DNA from: Neoechinorhynchus agilis
Lineage: Eukaryota; Animalia; Acanthocephala
Direction of reading: 5' to 3'
Length of the DNA stretch: 64,000 bases
Assembly: GCA_051530055.1 (NCBI GenBank)
Contig: CM121341.1
Location: 7,666,784 to 7,730,783 of the forward strand
Made by a program: the position numbers and the translations under genes. The notes beneath the pieces were generated by a model. The model was not told the DNA's origin. It ran no database searches and saw only the letters and a list, made by a program, of their open reading frames with translations. Numbering within the stretch: position 1 is the first letter of the stretch; each line of letters begins with the position of its first letter. Shown here in pieces: positions 35,441 through 48,069 of the stretch.

Positions 35441-36452
35441 TACACTTTTACAACCTAACCAAACAAATTAAGTATAATCATTTCAAAACAACTTAGCAGC
35501 TTTTTAATTGTGTTTTTTTGCCTTCATTGGAAATTGGTCGAAAGAGGTCGCCGCTATTTATATATAAATATTCAAATAAAGAGCAATAATCGCGTGACTA
35601 AAACCTAAAGACGGTATTGAGTATCGGCCTAACAATTTCTCGGCTAAGCTCACTCCAAAAAAATATGAGATTGAGACCTTCTTGTGCTGAAAAACGCACC
35701 TTTTTTTTCTTAGATGTAATATCTGAAATTAGATTTTAAAGAAGCGTTGCACAAATACAAAAAAATGAATCCTTTTGTTTTCAATATTTAAGTCTATTTC
35801 ATCGAGGTGCTCAGGGACACCTCTCACTTTTTTTATCTAATCTCAAATGTTTCAGCCTTGTGATTTGATGGGTTTTTTTGTTGTTGTTGATATCCATAAC
35901 CATTTGTGGTAACAAAGAACCCGACTATTTATTGAATTTTGATCTCATTTTATGAAATTTCTATTGAAACACAACTATAAAATTATATCGAGAAAATCAA
36001 ATGAGGGTCATATTAATTCTGATCACCTTTTTTGATTACAAAAAAAAACAATGTGAAAAGACGAGATTTTTTTAATCGTACTTAAATTATGATGTTAAAA
36101 AAAGACAAATCAATTTCGGGAATTCTATTTAACACGAGCGCCTTAAGCTAAAGTTTTGTTTCTTTACATAGCGTTGATGCTCAAAAAAAGATGTTTTTTT
36201 ACGCTCGGATCTCTTTCCAAGAAATTCAAACATTGTTTCTCTTTTTCGAGTGCGTTTTTTTGTGATGAAATCAAAAGATAACGAAAATCTTTCAAAATTG
36301 TTCTAATCACCAAAAATACAATATAAGTAGAATTTCTTCAATAAAAAACAAAAGAGAATGATGATTCGGCGATGTTCGAGAGTTTCTTGGTGCACCAAGG
36401 CGGACACTTTTTTTTCTGTCGAGGACTCACTAATTAAAAAAGAATCAAATTG

Positions 36453-37160
36453 TCATTGAACATTTTCCAGCTCATGTTTTTCTTTTTTCTGTGACTCGCC
36501 GTCTTTTTGTGCAGCAGCAGCAGCCTTGGCCGAATTCTGCTCCTGTAAGATTTGTTCTAGTTCTGGAGGTAAAATGCTGTAATCAGGAAGCAATCGAAAA
36601 GGCATACAATACTTTCCGGTTCGTAATACATAGCCATCTCGGCTTACCTTTAATTGAAGACGTTTGTTGAAAACCACAACTCGAACACTGCTCATCAATA
36701 AAATGTCTCCTTCTTCTACTGCTTGTGCTGCATGGTCCCATAAAGTCATTTCCATCGATCCGGATGGATCCGCCACTATCGCAGTGGTAACGTTTGATCC
36801 GCTCTTTGTCGTATAGTTTGAAGTAATGTTGACCACGATGACCTGCATTCCACAAACTTTATCGTGTTTCACATTACAGATCGGGGTGATTTGTAGATTA
36901 CTGGATGGTTGATCAGGAGGATCATTTTGTCTTACTGCAATGCCGTAAGTTGTCATTTCAGTGTTAAACGGATCCGTGTAGAATAAAGAAGTGTCATAGA
37001 TGAGCTCGTTAGGGTCTTGGCGCTCATCGAATCCAATATTAGAGAAAAGAGTGTCTTCAGGCGGTTCATAGGCCGTTTGTTTCATCAACTCTATCAGTTC
37101 TGCGTCCGAAAATTTAGTCGATTTCTCTGATGGCTTTACTTGACCCGATTTCTTTTGCAT
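36453..37160 (-). CDS. NABP/SOSS-B (hSSB)-like OB-fold protein with an ~90-aa acidic N-terminal extension
   Basis: IVADPSGSMEMTLWD...EGDILL...GKYCMPF..LPDYS aligns with VADKTGSINISVWD...PGDII...GEFCMVYSEVPNFS. Confidence 0.8.
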   Translation of the reverse strand: MQKKSGQVKPSEKSTKFSDAELIELMKQTAYEPPEDTLFSNIGFDERQDPNELIYDTSLFYTDPFNTEMTTYGIAVRQNDPPDQPSSNLQITPICNVKHDKVCGMQVIVVNITSNYTTKSGSNVTTAIVADPSGSMEMTLWDHAAQAVEEGDILLMSSVRVVVFNKRLQLKVSRDGYVLRTGKYCMPFRLLPDYSILPPELEQILQEQNSAKAAAAAQKDGESQKKEKHELENVQ

Positions 37161-37269
37161 TTAAGAGATATGTCTAAAATCATCGGCGTTTTTTGAAGAA
37201 GTTTAAACCTAGAGATTACAAGGCTCAATTTTGTCGAATGGATTTTGAAAGCAGTCAGAGAAAATCCTT

Positions 37270-38610
37270 TGGGGATAATTAAAGGAATTGTGGTGATGAT
37301 AATCCTCGTTCCGAATGAAAAATATTTTTAAAAAATATCTTTTATCCGGAAAGGATTATCAATACCACAATTGAAAAGTATTATTAAAAATCTTGAAACA
37401 AAAAAAGGTTTAATCATCTTTAGAGAAAGAAAAAATCTTTTTCGGATGATAAAGGAATTGTGGTGATGATAATCCCCTCCCGAATAAAAAATATTTTTAT
37501 GAAATATCTTTAATCCGGAAAGGATTATCAATACTACAATTAAAGTATTATTAAAAATCTTGAAACAAAAAAGGTTTAATCATCTTTAGAGAAAGAAAAA
37601 TCTTTTTGGAGATAAAGGAGTGATGATAACCCTCCCGAATAAAAAATATTTTTATGAAATATCTTTTATCCGGAAAGGATTATCAATACCACAATTGAAA
37701 AGTATTATTAAAAATCTTGAAACAAAAAAAGGTTTAATCATCTTTAGAGAAAGAAAAAATCTTTTTCGGATGATAAAGGAATTGTGGTGATGATAATCCC
37801 CTCCCGAATAAAAAATATTTTTATGAAATATCTTTAATCCGGAAAGGATTATCAATACTACAATTTTAAAGTATTATTAAAAATCTTGAAACAAAAAAGG
37901 GTTTAATCATCTTTAGAGAAAGAGAAAATCTTTTTGGGATGATAAAGGAATTTTGGTGATGATAATCCTTTGAATAAAAAATATTAAATATTCTTTAATC
38001 CGGAAAGGATTATCAATATTACAATTTAAAAGTATTTTTATAAATCTTGAAACAAAAAAGGTTTAATCATCTTTAGAGAGAGAAAATCTTTTTGGAATGA
38101 TAAAGGAATTTTGGTGATGATAATCCCCTCCCGAATAAAAAATATTTTTAAAAAATATCTTTTATCCGGAAAGGATTATCAATATTACAATTGAAAAGTA
38201 TTATTAAAAATCTTGAAACAAAAAAGGGTTTAATCATCTTTAGAGAGAGAAAATCCTTTTGGGATGATAAAGGAATTTTGGTGATGATAATCCCCTCCCG
38301 AATAAAAAATATTTTTATGAAATATCTTTAATCCGGAAAGGATTATCAATACTACAATTAGAAAGTATTATTAAAAATCTTGAAACAAAAAAGGGTTTAA
38401 TCATCTTTAGAGAAAGAGAAAATCTTTTTGGGACGATAAAGGAATTTTGGTGATGAAAACTTTGTAAAAACAATGAAATATTCTTTACCCGGAAAGGATT
38501 ATCAATATTACAATTGAAAAGTATTATTATAAATCTTGAAACAAAAAAGGGTTTAATCATCTTTAGAGAAAGAGAAAATCTTTTTGGGATAATAAAGGAA
38601 TTTTGGTTAC
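37270..38610. repeat. Tandem array, ~155-169-bp unit, ~8 copies, upstream of the NABP-like ATG
   Basis: CCGGAAAGGATTATCAATA at 37346, 37515, 37670, 37839 and onward. Confidence 0.95.
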
Positions 38611-39760
38611 CAGAATTTTAAAGTTGGTTAGATTTTAATATTGCAAACTCTGACGTATTTTGAAGTGTTCTTCCGCATCAAAAATGGTTTTGCGTCACAA
38701 TCGCAAACGAATGTGCGATTTTTCGTTCAATTCGTTTTTTAGCATTTAGCAAAACTACTTAAAATATTTCGACTAATTTTCTGTTTGTCTTGGATTGCTT
38801 TCTTTTGCTCAATTAGTTTTTAAACTTCCATTCGGATTCTCAAAATTCATCGATATGATTTATTTACCCCCGATATTTCCCCAAAGTTCTTGAAAAATTA
38901 TCCTCGGGGGGGGGAAGAGACTTCCTTTTTCTCAATTAGTTTTACTACCCATAATTCGGATCGAAAATTCACTGAGAACTAAATCTTAGATCACATTGGA
39001 AAAGTCTTCAAATTACCGTTTACGAATAATAAATGATTTTTTTTAGAATCAATATTTTCAATCGGACTTTTAGTGATGCTTTTGATCTTACAACTTTGTA
39101 GGTGAAAATAATTTTCGAAAGTTTCATAATGATCTGTTGAACTAATTGAGAATCAAAGTCGCGCTTTTTCACTAGCCTTAAAAGTGGTTACTTTACACGT
39201 GTCGGTCTTACGGAACTTCTATTTAATCTTAATAAAAAATTCTCACTTTTAAATCTCTCGATTTTAAACTAAAAAACTTCAATACTTTAAACTTGGTTGT
39301 TCAGTCGCATGTTTTATCTATTGATGATTGTTTGATTGACAATCCGACTGAAAGAGAGAGATTTCGAAAATTTGAAGCAATAAACAAATAAAACACCCAT
39401 TTTCCGTTCGATAATAAATCTGGAATAAACATGAGGGCGTTGGGAAAATCGGCTTTCCATAATATTACACAAGTTTAAAGTTATTTTAAGAACTGACAAT
39501 ATCGAAACGATTATACAAGTGTTACTGGACTTGATTATCTATTGATGATTGTTTGGTAGACAATCCGACTGAAAGAGAGAGATTTTATTGAAACACCTAG
39601 CTTTCGCCGTCCAATGGCTTCTTCAGGGTGTAATCTACAATGCGAGTGGAGGTTCACAGGAGATTCATGACTTCAGACAACTTCTGGTTAATGAGTGTCT
39701 TTCCGACCGACCGATGCCCGCTAGAGTCCTCACGATCTCAAAAAGATTTTTTTTAATTGA

Positions 39761-40168
39761 TCAATAACAATATTTAACGTTTATTGGAAGAGCGAAAGTG
39801 TCGAACATACACAAGTGATTGAGATATTCTTTTGTGTAGTAGAACATTGAACGATCAACGGGATTTGGTTGTTTAATTTTAATTGGACGATGATCTTTTG
39901 ACAATATACTATCGATTGAGAAGGACATTGGTTTAACTTTTCGACCCTTTAATTTTCTGTCATCATAATTTTCCTTTGTTCTTTTCATTCGTTCACGTTT
40001 ATTGGCAAGCCATTTTCTAATTTGTTCCTTTCGAAGTCCTGTTATATTTGCAGCGTCGTCAAGTTCCACTGATCTCATGTAGGGATTGCTGAAATTGGTT
40101 AAATACCATTTTTCAAGGTAGGATACTGCATTGGGTGGAAAACGCATTGTTGGTTTGCTGGATTGCAT
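39761..40168 (-). CDS. Divergent TALE-class homeobox protein with an eh1-like motif
   Basis: LEKWYLTNFSNPYM...TGLRKEQIRKWLANKRER (three-residue loop extension with PY) followed by FSIDSIL. Confidence 0.8.
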   Translation of the reverse strand: MQSSKPTMRFPPNAVSYLEKWYLTNFSNPYMRSVELDDAANITGLRKEQIRKWLANKRERMKRTKENYDDRKLKGRKVKPMSFSIDSILSKDHRPIKIKQPNPVDRSMFYYTKEYLNHLCMFDTFALPINVKYCY

Positions 40169-42374
40169 TTTTTTTGTGAAGAAAAGGAGCAAAAACCGAT
40201 ATGAGATAATTAGTGTAAAAAAAGAAGTAGCCAATGAGCATTCAGCAAGGTGGTGATAATTATTTTTGGCTTGTGTGTTGCAATATCGATTTTATGGCGG
40301 CACTCGATTTAAAAAAAAGAGTGAGAACAACATACAAACGGTATCTCGGAATGCCACTGATGTGCCTTATATTTTGTACTAATAATTAAAAATTTTTTAT
40401 AAAAGAATCTAATAGACGAAGCGGAAAATTCAACATCCTGGATGTCCTGCATCCTCTGACCGTAATATCGTCGCTATTTTATGCATAACAAAATTAAACA
40501 CTTCTTTTAGGGCTATTTAAGTTGACAAATTTTATCGACAGGCCAGGTTCCTTTTTTTGTAAAATTAAAATCAAATGAATACGATTCTTCTCAAAATGAG
40601 ATCGATTACTCGATTTTGTGAAAATTTAAGGCCATCAAAAGCGCCGCTTACCAGATTTAGTAAGACACATTTACTTAAAAAATCAATTCCACAGTTGCTA
40701 AAGAGCCGCAAATCGATTGATGTTATCGCTTTGAAATGGAGCATTAAGTTTAAAGCTCGTATCTTATTTTTCATTCTAGATTACATCTCAGCTCGTTCAG
40801 GTGGAAGATCAATTTTAACGAACGAAAAAATTTTGCAAGTTAACGATAAGTTTTCCACAAAAAAATATAAAACTTAAAATTCTTCAAAAAAAGTCCAAGA
40901 TTCAAAATTTGTCGCATTATGATTGGCTAGTTTTTTATTTTTACTAATGATCTTTAAATGGTCTGAATCGTAAAAATTTTAGCGAAAAAATAGGATTAAA
41001 TTGCATTTGTACAATGCACATCGCTAACTTTTGTTTTCATCCTTAAGCTCTGTTGGTTGTTTTATATGTCGTAGAAAAATTAAAACGATGATTTTATTTT
41101 TAAACTGCCGATTCTCCGAAACCAATCAGCAGTTTAAAAACATCGTTTTATCTCTACGCCACACATAAAAAACCAAAATATGAACAGTTCAATGTGCAAA
41201 CTTGAGCTATGCTTAAAAATAAGCCGGACAAGAAGCGATAAACTAAAATTGAATGATGATAAAAACAATACCGGCTTGCCAGTAAAAACTTAAAATTAAA
41301 GTGACGATTTTTACTAGTATCATTTTCATCGCGTTTGTTTAATTTGTTTATGTTTAGGTCGCTTGTGGACATCCGAGAAAGATCGCGATTAAGATACGAA
41401 TAAATTATATTTCAAGTGATTGAATCATGATCAATTTGATCATTAATATCCTCACCCGAACGAACTGCCCCGGCTGGATAATTCCTACCCGATTAGAAAT
41501 CCCTCCAACCAGATATTAGCACCCAAACGGATATCCCTCGACTGGATGTTCCCAATTATGAACTTGAACGCTCCTTCCCGGCATTCTGAACAATAAACAT
41601 GTTATTATAATTGATAATGATTCACTCGGTCGAAATATACTTTATTCGACTTTAATCGACATAAAACAATATAATTTTTTTCATTTAAGTAACATTACTA
41701 CTTTAGGAAGTTAAATAAAGTTAATAAGATTGTTGAGACTTTGAAGCCTCCACGAGCTCAGGAATTTTTCGGAATCTGATTCGTTGAAAGCGCTCATATT
41801 TTCTTCAGATCGGGATTTTGTAAATTAAGTGAAATAAAGGCTCTGATTTATTGGTCAAGGAAGCGCTCGTCAACGCTAAATGATCGAAGTCTCGCGTTAT
41901 CCAAGGAAAACTCATAAACGCATATTTTTCATTGGAATTTAATAAATCAATTAACTGAATCAACGCTGATAAATGAGTAAAAAAGGCTTAAATTTATTCT
42001 ATTGATTACTTAAATAGTAAAAAAGAATTCGGCTTCGTCATTGTCTTATCAGGAGAGGACTTTTTGATTCAATTGATTTTTTGATTGCAAAAAACAATTT
42101 TGATCAACAAAATTGCGATGGATTCATCAACGCATATGAAATGTTAACGCTACGTCGTAATAAACAATAGGATTTAAGAGTACCTTTAAATTAATCAAGT
42201 AATAAAGAACGCGACGGGGGACTCGTCATTGAAATTTGTTAACAACAAACTTTGGACCAATACTTATAACTTTTAAGGAAACGTTTTATTATCGAGTCCG
42301 TGTTCATTCAGGGAACCAATACTTTCGAGAGAAACAAGACAGATTATTCCCTAAAGTTTAGGATACCTCCTGAC

Positions 42375-43795
42375 ATTGACGAAGCCGAATTCCTTTTTAA
42401 ATAATTGACTGAAGAAGCCTAGTTTGATTGGACGAAATATTTCAATGATTTTTCCCTAAAATTTAGGATATTTCTTGATAAGACCATGACGAAGCCGAAT
42501 TCCTTTTTAAATAATTGACTCAAGAAGCCTAATGTGATTGGAGGAAATATTTCAATGATTTTTCCCTAAAATTTAGGATATTTCTTGATAAGACCATGAC
42601 GAAGCCGAATTCCTTTTTAAATAATTGACTCAAGAAGCCTAATGTGATTGGAGGAAATATTTCAATGATTTTTCCCTAAAATTTAGGATATTTCCTGATA
42701 AGACCATGACGAAGCCGAATTCCTTTTTAAATAATTGACTCAAGAAGCCTAATGTGATTGGAGGAAATATTTCAATGATTTTTCCCTAAAATTTAGGATA
42801 TTTCCTGATAAGACAATGACGAAGCCGAATTCCTTTTTAAATAATTGACTCAAGAAGCCTAATGTGATTGGAGGAAATATTTCAATGATTTTTCCCTAAA
42901 ATTTAGGATATTTCCTGGTAAGACAATGACGAAGCCGAATTCCTTTTTAAATAATTGACTCAAGAAGCCTAATGTGATTGGACGAAATATTTCAATGATT
43001 TTTCCCTAAAATTTAGGATATTTCCTGATAAGACCATGACGAAGCCGAATTCCTTTTTAAATAATTGACTCAAGAAGCCTAATGTGATTGGAGGAAATAT
43101 TTCAATGATTTTTCCCTAAAATTTAGGATATTTCCTGATAAGACCATGACGAAGCCGAATTCCTTTTTAAATAATTGACTCAAGAAGCCTAATGTGATTG
43201 GAGGAAATATTTCAATGATTTTTCCCTAAAATTTAGGATATTTCCTGATAAGACAATGACGAAGCCGAATTCCTTTTTAAATAATTGACTCAAGAAGCCT
43301 AATGTGATTGGACGAAATATTTCAATGATTTTTCCCTAAAATTTAGGATATTTCCTGATAAGACAATGACGAAGCCGAATTCCTTTTTAAATAATTGACT
43401 CAAGAAGCCTAATGTGATTGGACGAAATATTTCAATGATTTTTCCCTAAAATTTAGGATATTTCCTGATAAGACCATGACGAAGCCGAATTCCTTTTTAA
43501 ATAATTGACTCAAGAAGCATAATGTGATTGGACGAAATATTTCAATGATTTTTCCCTAAAATTTAGGATATTTCCTGATAAGACAATGACGAAGCCGAAT
43601 TCCTTTTTAAATAATTGACTCAAGAAGCTAATGTGATTGGAGAAATATTTCAATGATTTTTCCCTAAAATTGAAATATTTCAATGATTTTTCCTAAAATT
43701 TAGGATATTTCCTGATAAGACCATGACGAAGCCGAATTCCTTTTTAAATAATTGACTGAAGAAGCGTAATGTGATTGGAGGAAATATTCGAATCA
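42375..43795. repeat. Tandem array, 110-bp unit, ~13 copies, just 3' of the TFIIB-like gene
   Basis: GACGAAGCCGAATTCC at 42488, 42598, 42708 and onward. Confidence 0.97.
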
Positions 43796-43910
43796 TTTTT
43801 GATACAGATTTTTCCCATCGCCATATACTTAAATAGTGCAATTTAGAAAAAAAGGGAATGTTTGACCGTCGAGGTACCGGATTGCAACTGTAAAAAAAAT
43901 AGCACCATTT

Positions 43911-44807
43911 TTATTTGTATGGTAGCTGATGGGGAGCTACTGGTACTTTTTCCGCCACATTCATGTATATTTCCTTTGACACAATAAGAAGTTCCTTATA
44001 AATTGATTGGATAGTGCTAATGGCTACCTCACTAACGTCAAACAGTTCTTCATATCGCTTCCTTTTTCCAAGAGCAGCCGAAGACATATAAATACAGGCA
44101 GCTGCAACAGCTTGAGATTTGTGGTGATCAGCAATTCCAATACTGATTGCTTTATTGGCGATGTGTAGTGCAAATCTTTTAACGCTTATGACGAGGCTGC
44201 TTTTTGCCAAACGTAATCGCGGAAACAGCACCCTTGTTCGTGGATCAAGTTCAAGGCGATTACTATATTTTTCAACAACATTCGTGAGTTCAGGTGGATC
44301 CATGCTTTGTCCTATTTCGACTGCTAAAAGCTTTGTACATCGTTCCAATTCGGTTACTTTTACACGAGTTGCACATGAAACCTTAGCGAAACTACGCATG
44401 ACAATCTCTTGTCGACATCCAATCAGAACGCAGGATGCCAGTATTGTTACTGGTCGCTCCTTTGCCAATTTGGCTATATTTCTCGCGTGATGATATGTGT
44501 TTTTTATGACTGGAGTCAGAAATTCCGGGAGTTGTAGTTGTTTGGCAATCGCTCTGATCTCTCGCATAACATTCAAATCACTTACACCACATAACTCAGT
44601 TTTATTTTGCGAACTTTCAGATTGATTTGTGTTATGAACGCCATTAGATGACGATGCTGATTGGTCGCTTTGGATGCAGCAGTAAGCGAATGACGAACTG
44701 TAACGAATTTCGTCTTCATCACTCATATCTAAATTACGCAAAAATGTTATGATCTCATTCATTTGTTGATTGGGTCGCCTTTTTAAACTTTCATGATTAG
44801 TAAGCAT
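43911..44807 (-). CDS. Divergent TFIIB-like protein (two cyclin repeats; no Zn ribbon in the visible ORF) with a cryptic in-frame intron at 44188-44241
   Basis: ILASCVLIGCRQEIVMRSF ~ IASACLYIACRQEGVPRTF; ALHIANKA ~ ATHIARKA; AVAAACIYMSS ~ SVAAAAIYMAS. Confidence 0.85.
   Translation of the reverse strand: MLTNHESLKRRPNQQMNEIITFLRNLDMSDEDEIRYSSSFAYCCIQSDQSASSSNGVHNTNQSESSQNKTELCGVSDLNVMREIRAIAKQLQLPEFLTPVIKNTYHHARNIAKLAKERPVTILASCVLIGCRQEIVMRSFAKVSCATRVKVTELERCTKLLAVEIGQSMDPPELTNVVEKYSNRLELDPRTRVLFPRLRLAKSSLVISVKRFALHIANKAISIGIADHHKSQAVAAACIYMSSAALGKRKRYEELFDVSEVAISTIQSIYKELLIVSKEIYMNVAEKVPVAPHQLPYK
44188..44241 (-). other. In-frame non-canonical hairpin intron (AC...AT, 54 nt)
   Basis: ACGAACAAGGGTGCTGTTT ... 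AAAAAGCAGCCTCGTCAT; removal gives RLELDPSVKRFALHIA, the same length as NLCLPKQVQMAATHIA. Confidence 0.75.
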
Positions 44808-45499
44808 AAAAAACCTGGATTTTTTAAATTCAGATTTTAGTCGATGGGCAACTTGAAGTGCAGTAATTTTTTTTATAAAAGTTTTGTGTTTTTTTGACTT
44901 AAATTACGATCGGGAAACGTCTTTTGAGAGTGAAATTCGGATTCCTGAATCCGGTTTATGGCTCCAGATTATGAAAAGCGTCTTGTGTGTGCGTGTTGCG
45001 AATTCCAGCCCAAATCGTGCTACGAGTTGAATTTCTAACTTAGCACTGCCGTGATCCGCCGTCTAAAGAACATAAAATCGATCACATTCGACATTTTTTA
45101 GTAAAAAAAATGTCGAAGAATTCATTTTATCGCAAATATGAATATTAACGAGATCCGTTTCTCATTTTATGAACGGTTTTAAATAATTATTGCCAATAAC
45201 CACAATATAAACTCTTATTCGGTTAGAATTATTGTTTAGAAATCTATACCCGACGTTAAAACAGTTCTAAACTGACGATAAACCCCTTTAGAGGTTCGAA
45301 GAACGTCTTTTTAAGCGAAATAATCATTTACTTCGGGTGTAGACTTCTAAATCACACATTCCCCAATACATCCTTCTCACATATCGACATTGACCAGCGC
45401 TCCCCAGACGAATGATTCGATGGATTGCGGGTGTCGATTGGGCCGTGTATGGAAAAAATATAAAGAGATTACCGACTGAACAACATATAAAAATTCTAA

Positions 45500-45725
45500 G
45501 GCCAATGCATGGCGAAGTTTGAACATTCCGTAGTTGTGCTGAGGTGCTCAAGTGGACTAATGATCCAGATCATCCAACCAGTTAGTGTCTCAAAGGGTTC
45601 GAATCCGATACCGCCAATGATCTACAACCTAAAAAGGGACGAAATACCTCGCCGAAGGGAGGAAACTCACTGATGAATCCTGTCTCCTCCTCGGAAGGAG
45701 GTATCTGGGGATCCGGAGCCTTACA
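45500..45725 (+). mobile_element. tRNA-derived SINE-like element related to the 378-bp array unit
   Basis: CATTCCGTAGTTGTG, AGTGGACT, GGGTTCGAATCCGATACCGCCA (T-arm/acceptor-like) and GGGACGAAATAC...CTCACTGATGAATCC. Confidence 0.65.
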
Positions 45726-46070
45726 GTCTTAGGGAATTGAGCGCTGACCAGCGCCGAATCCAACCTCCTTGAATGAGGTTCACAGTCTATCCTTGTAACC
45801 CGAGATTTTTCATAGTCGTCACTTTATCGAGCTGAGATCTGTGATGTTACGGCTGATGGGAAGATATTTTCAACTCATGCAGTTGGAAATGTACCAACCT
45901 TCCTTTAGCAGGCTTCATCAATGTTTCTCGAGCCCTTTACTTATCTCCTAGCCACTCATAGAATGCTTATTGGATTAGTTTATTCAAACTTTTTTTTATA
46001 TCACATCGCTTGGTGATTCATCTTCACGTTAGAAATCTCAAGAAACGATAAACGTGATTTGCCTCATTGT

Positions 46071-47641
46071 TTAATACCAATCAACAATGTCAGTTCGAAT
46101 GACCGTTCCATAGGCGACCGGTGAACTTTTATTGAATAGCAGTATCCGACCTAATCTCGGATACTCCACGAACAATTCTGGGCTCATTGGTTCTTTTGTT
46201 GTGATTTCAGCTCGTATGTATTTCGATTTTTCTCCACTTACCCGAACACTGCATTGAACTTTTGATGTATGGCAATAGAGTTTAAACACTGATCCATCGA
46301 TAATGGGCGTAGAGGTGTGAAACATCGTTAAATTTGCTTCTATATACGTTGTCAATTTCGGTGGATAATCACGACTTCCACAAACATGTCCACTCTTCAC
46401 CGGATACAATGAAACTCCATTGACTAAAAATCGAACCAAATATCCGGCTAATGCTTTATCTATACGTTGATCACCTAACTTCAATTCACGTATTTGTCCT
46501 CGAATTCCGAGTGGACCAATCACTACACTCATGTTTTCCGATAAATAACCGGATTCAATGCGTCCAGTCACGCCCTTTGCATAATCACTCAAATAATGAA
46601 TTCCAAAAATTGGTACTCTTAATGGCATTTTGGACTCTTTGTGGTGAACGACTACATCCAAATTTTCTAGAGCTTCAACTAAAGTGTTACCTGTGTACCA
46701 TGGAGTCCGATTTGATTTCAAAATCAAATTATCACCGTCCAGACCACTTATAGCAATGAATTTCACTTGTGCATCCATGGAATATCCGCTGCTTTTCATG
46801 AGATCCAACACGAAACTTACGATTTGGTGATAAATGAGTTGTTGGAAATCGAAGGCTTCAATGTCGATTTTGTTGATGGCAACATAAAGACTTTTAATGC
46901 CGTAGCCATAAGCCAGTTCTATAAGATCAAGGATTTGTTTGCCTTCATGTGACTTCTCAGATGATCCAGATAATAATTTATCACTTGAGATTACAAGAAC
47001 GGCGTGGTCACAAAGACTTACGCCTCTATAGCAATAGCTCTCTCGCTAGGAGAATAATTGATGAAATAAACTGAAAACGGAACATTTCGTTTTGAAAAGA
47101 ACAAATAAGTAATAATAAGCGAGGTTTTAGACACGAAGATTAGATCGTCATGATTTCAGAATTTTATTTACCTCAGAAAAAACCATTTAGACTAGCCGAA
47201 TTTTTGTTTGAAAAGTATTCTAAATTGATTTTTTTTTGAAAAAATTATATAAAATCCTAAAAACAAGAGAACAGTTGTCGTAATGGCTTGTGTTATGTGT
47301 TTTTTCCTTCCTGGAGTATCTACCAAAGTGGCTCGAAATCTTTTGAGTTCGATATCTCGTATTGAACATTCTACAGTCGATCCATCTCGTCTTTCATCAG
47401 GACGTTGATCGACCACGAATGCATAGTTCATTTGTTCGTTGACGTTAAAACCTCCTTCGACTATTCCTTGAGAATAATCAATAATCTTCCCTTCCTTTAA
47501 TGCAAATTCGGTGATAAGGTGCCCTACCATCGTCGATTTTCCGGCATTTGAGGTGCCAATAAAACATACTGAGATGTGGGGTTTCTCAGTAGCGCTACCG
47601 AACACGGATCCAATAACGAGACAAACGGACAAAAGAAGCAT
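46071..47641 (-). CDS. Divergent EF1A/HBS1/eRF3-family GTPase with a predicted signal peptide; exons 47641-47282 and 47027-46071
   Basis: G1 GTSNAGKST, ERRDGSTVE, G3 DTPG, G4 NKID, ISGLDGDNL, PLRVP...TGRIESG and RLGRILL; hydrophobic N-terminus MLLLSVCLVIGSVFGSA. Confidence 0.85.
47028..47281 (-). other. Non-canonical hairpin intron (AC...AT, 254 nt) of the EF1A-like gene
   Basis: ACGACAACTGTTCTCTTG ... CGAGAGAGCTATTGCTAT in register; removal gives QAI|RGVSLCD, aligning with NMITGTSQAD. Confidence 0.75.
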
Positions 47642-48069
47642 TAATAAAAATATCGAGGCTTATAAACTTTTAAAATCGGTTTTTTTGTGAACTGCGAAAT
47701 TCGCGTCGTTTAAAAATTACATAGTTTTAAAAAACTCGTTCAATTACACGAAATCGCCCTAAAATGAACGAGTCTGACGAGTAATCCGAAAAGGAATATT
47801 TTCTCGGAAATCGGAGATCAAATAAACAGAGACATTGGCGTCTTTCTCTTTGAATAATCGATTTTAGATCCTGAAAAAACATGCACAAGAACGAAAATAA
47901 ACTTTAAAAATTGATTATTTCGAAACGTTAAATTTTTTAGATTGCTTACACGAAATCGCCCTAAAATGAACAAGTCTGACGAGTAATCCCAAAATCGAAA
48001 AGGAATATTTTCTCCGAAATCAGTGATTAAATAAAGAGACGTTGGCGTCTTTCTCTCTGAATAATCTAT

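Noticed and set aside
41450-41560. C-rich, loosely periodic patch resembling a simple-repeat MITE
   Set aside because: Too degenerate to define units or termini.
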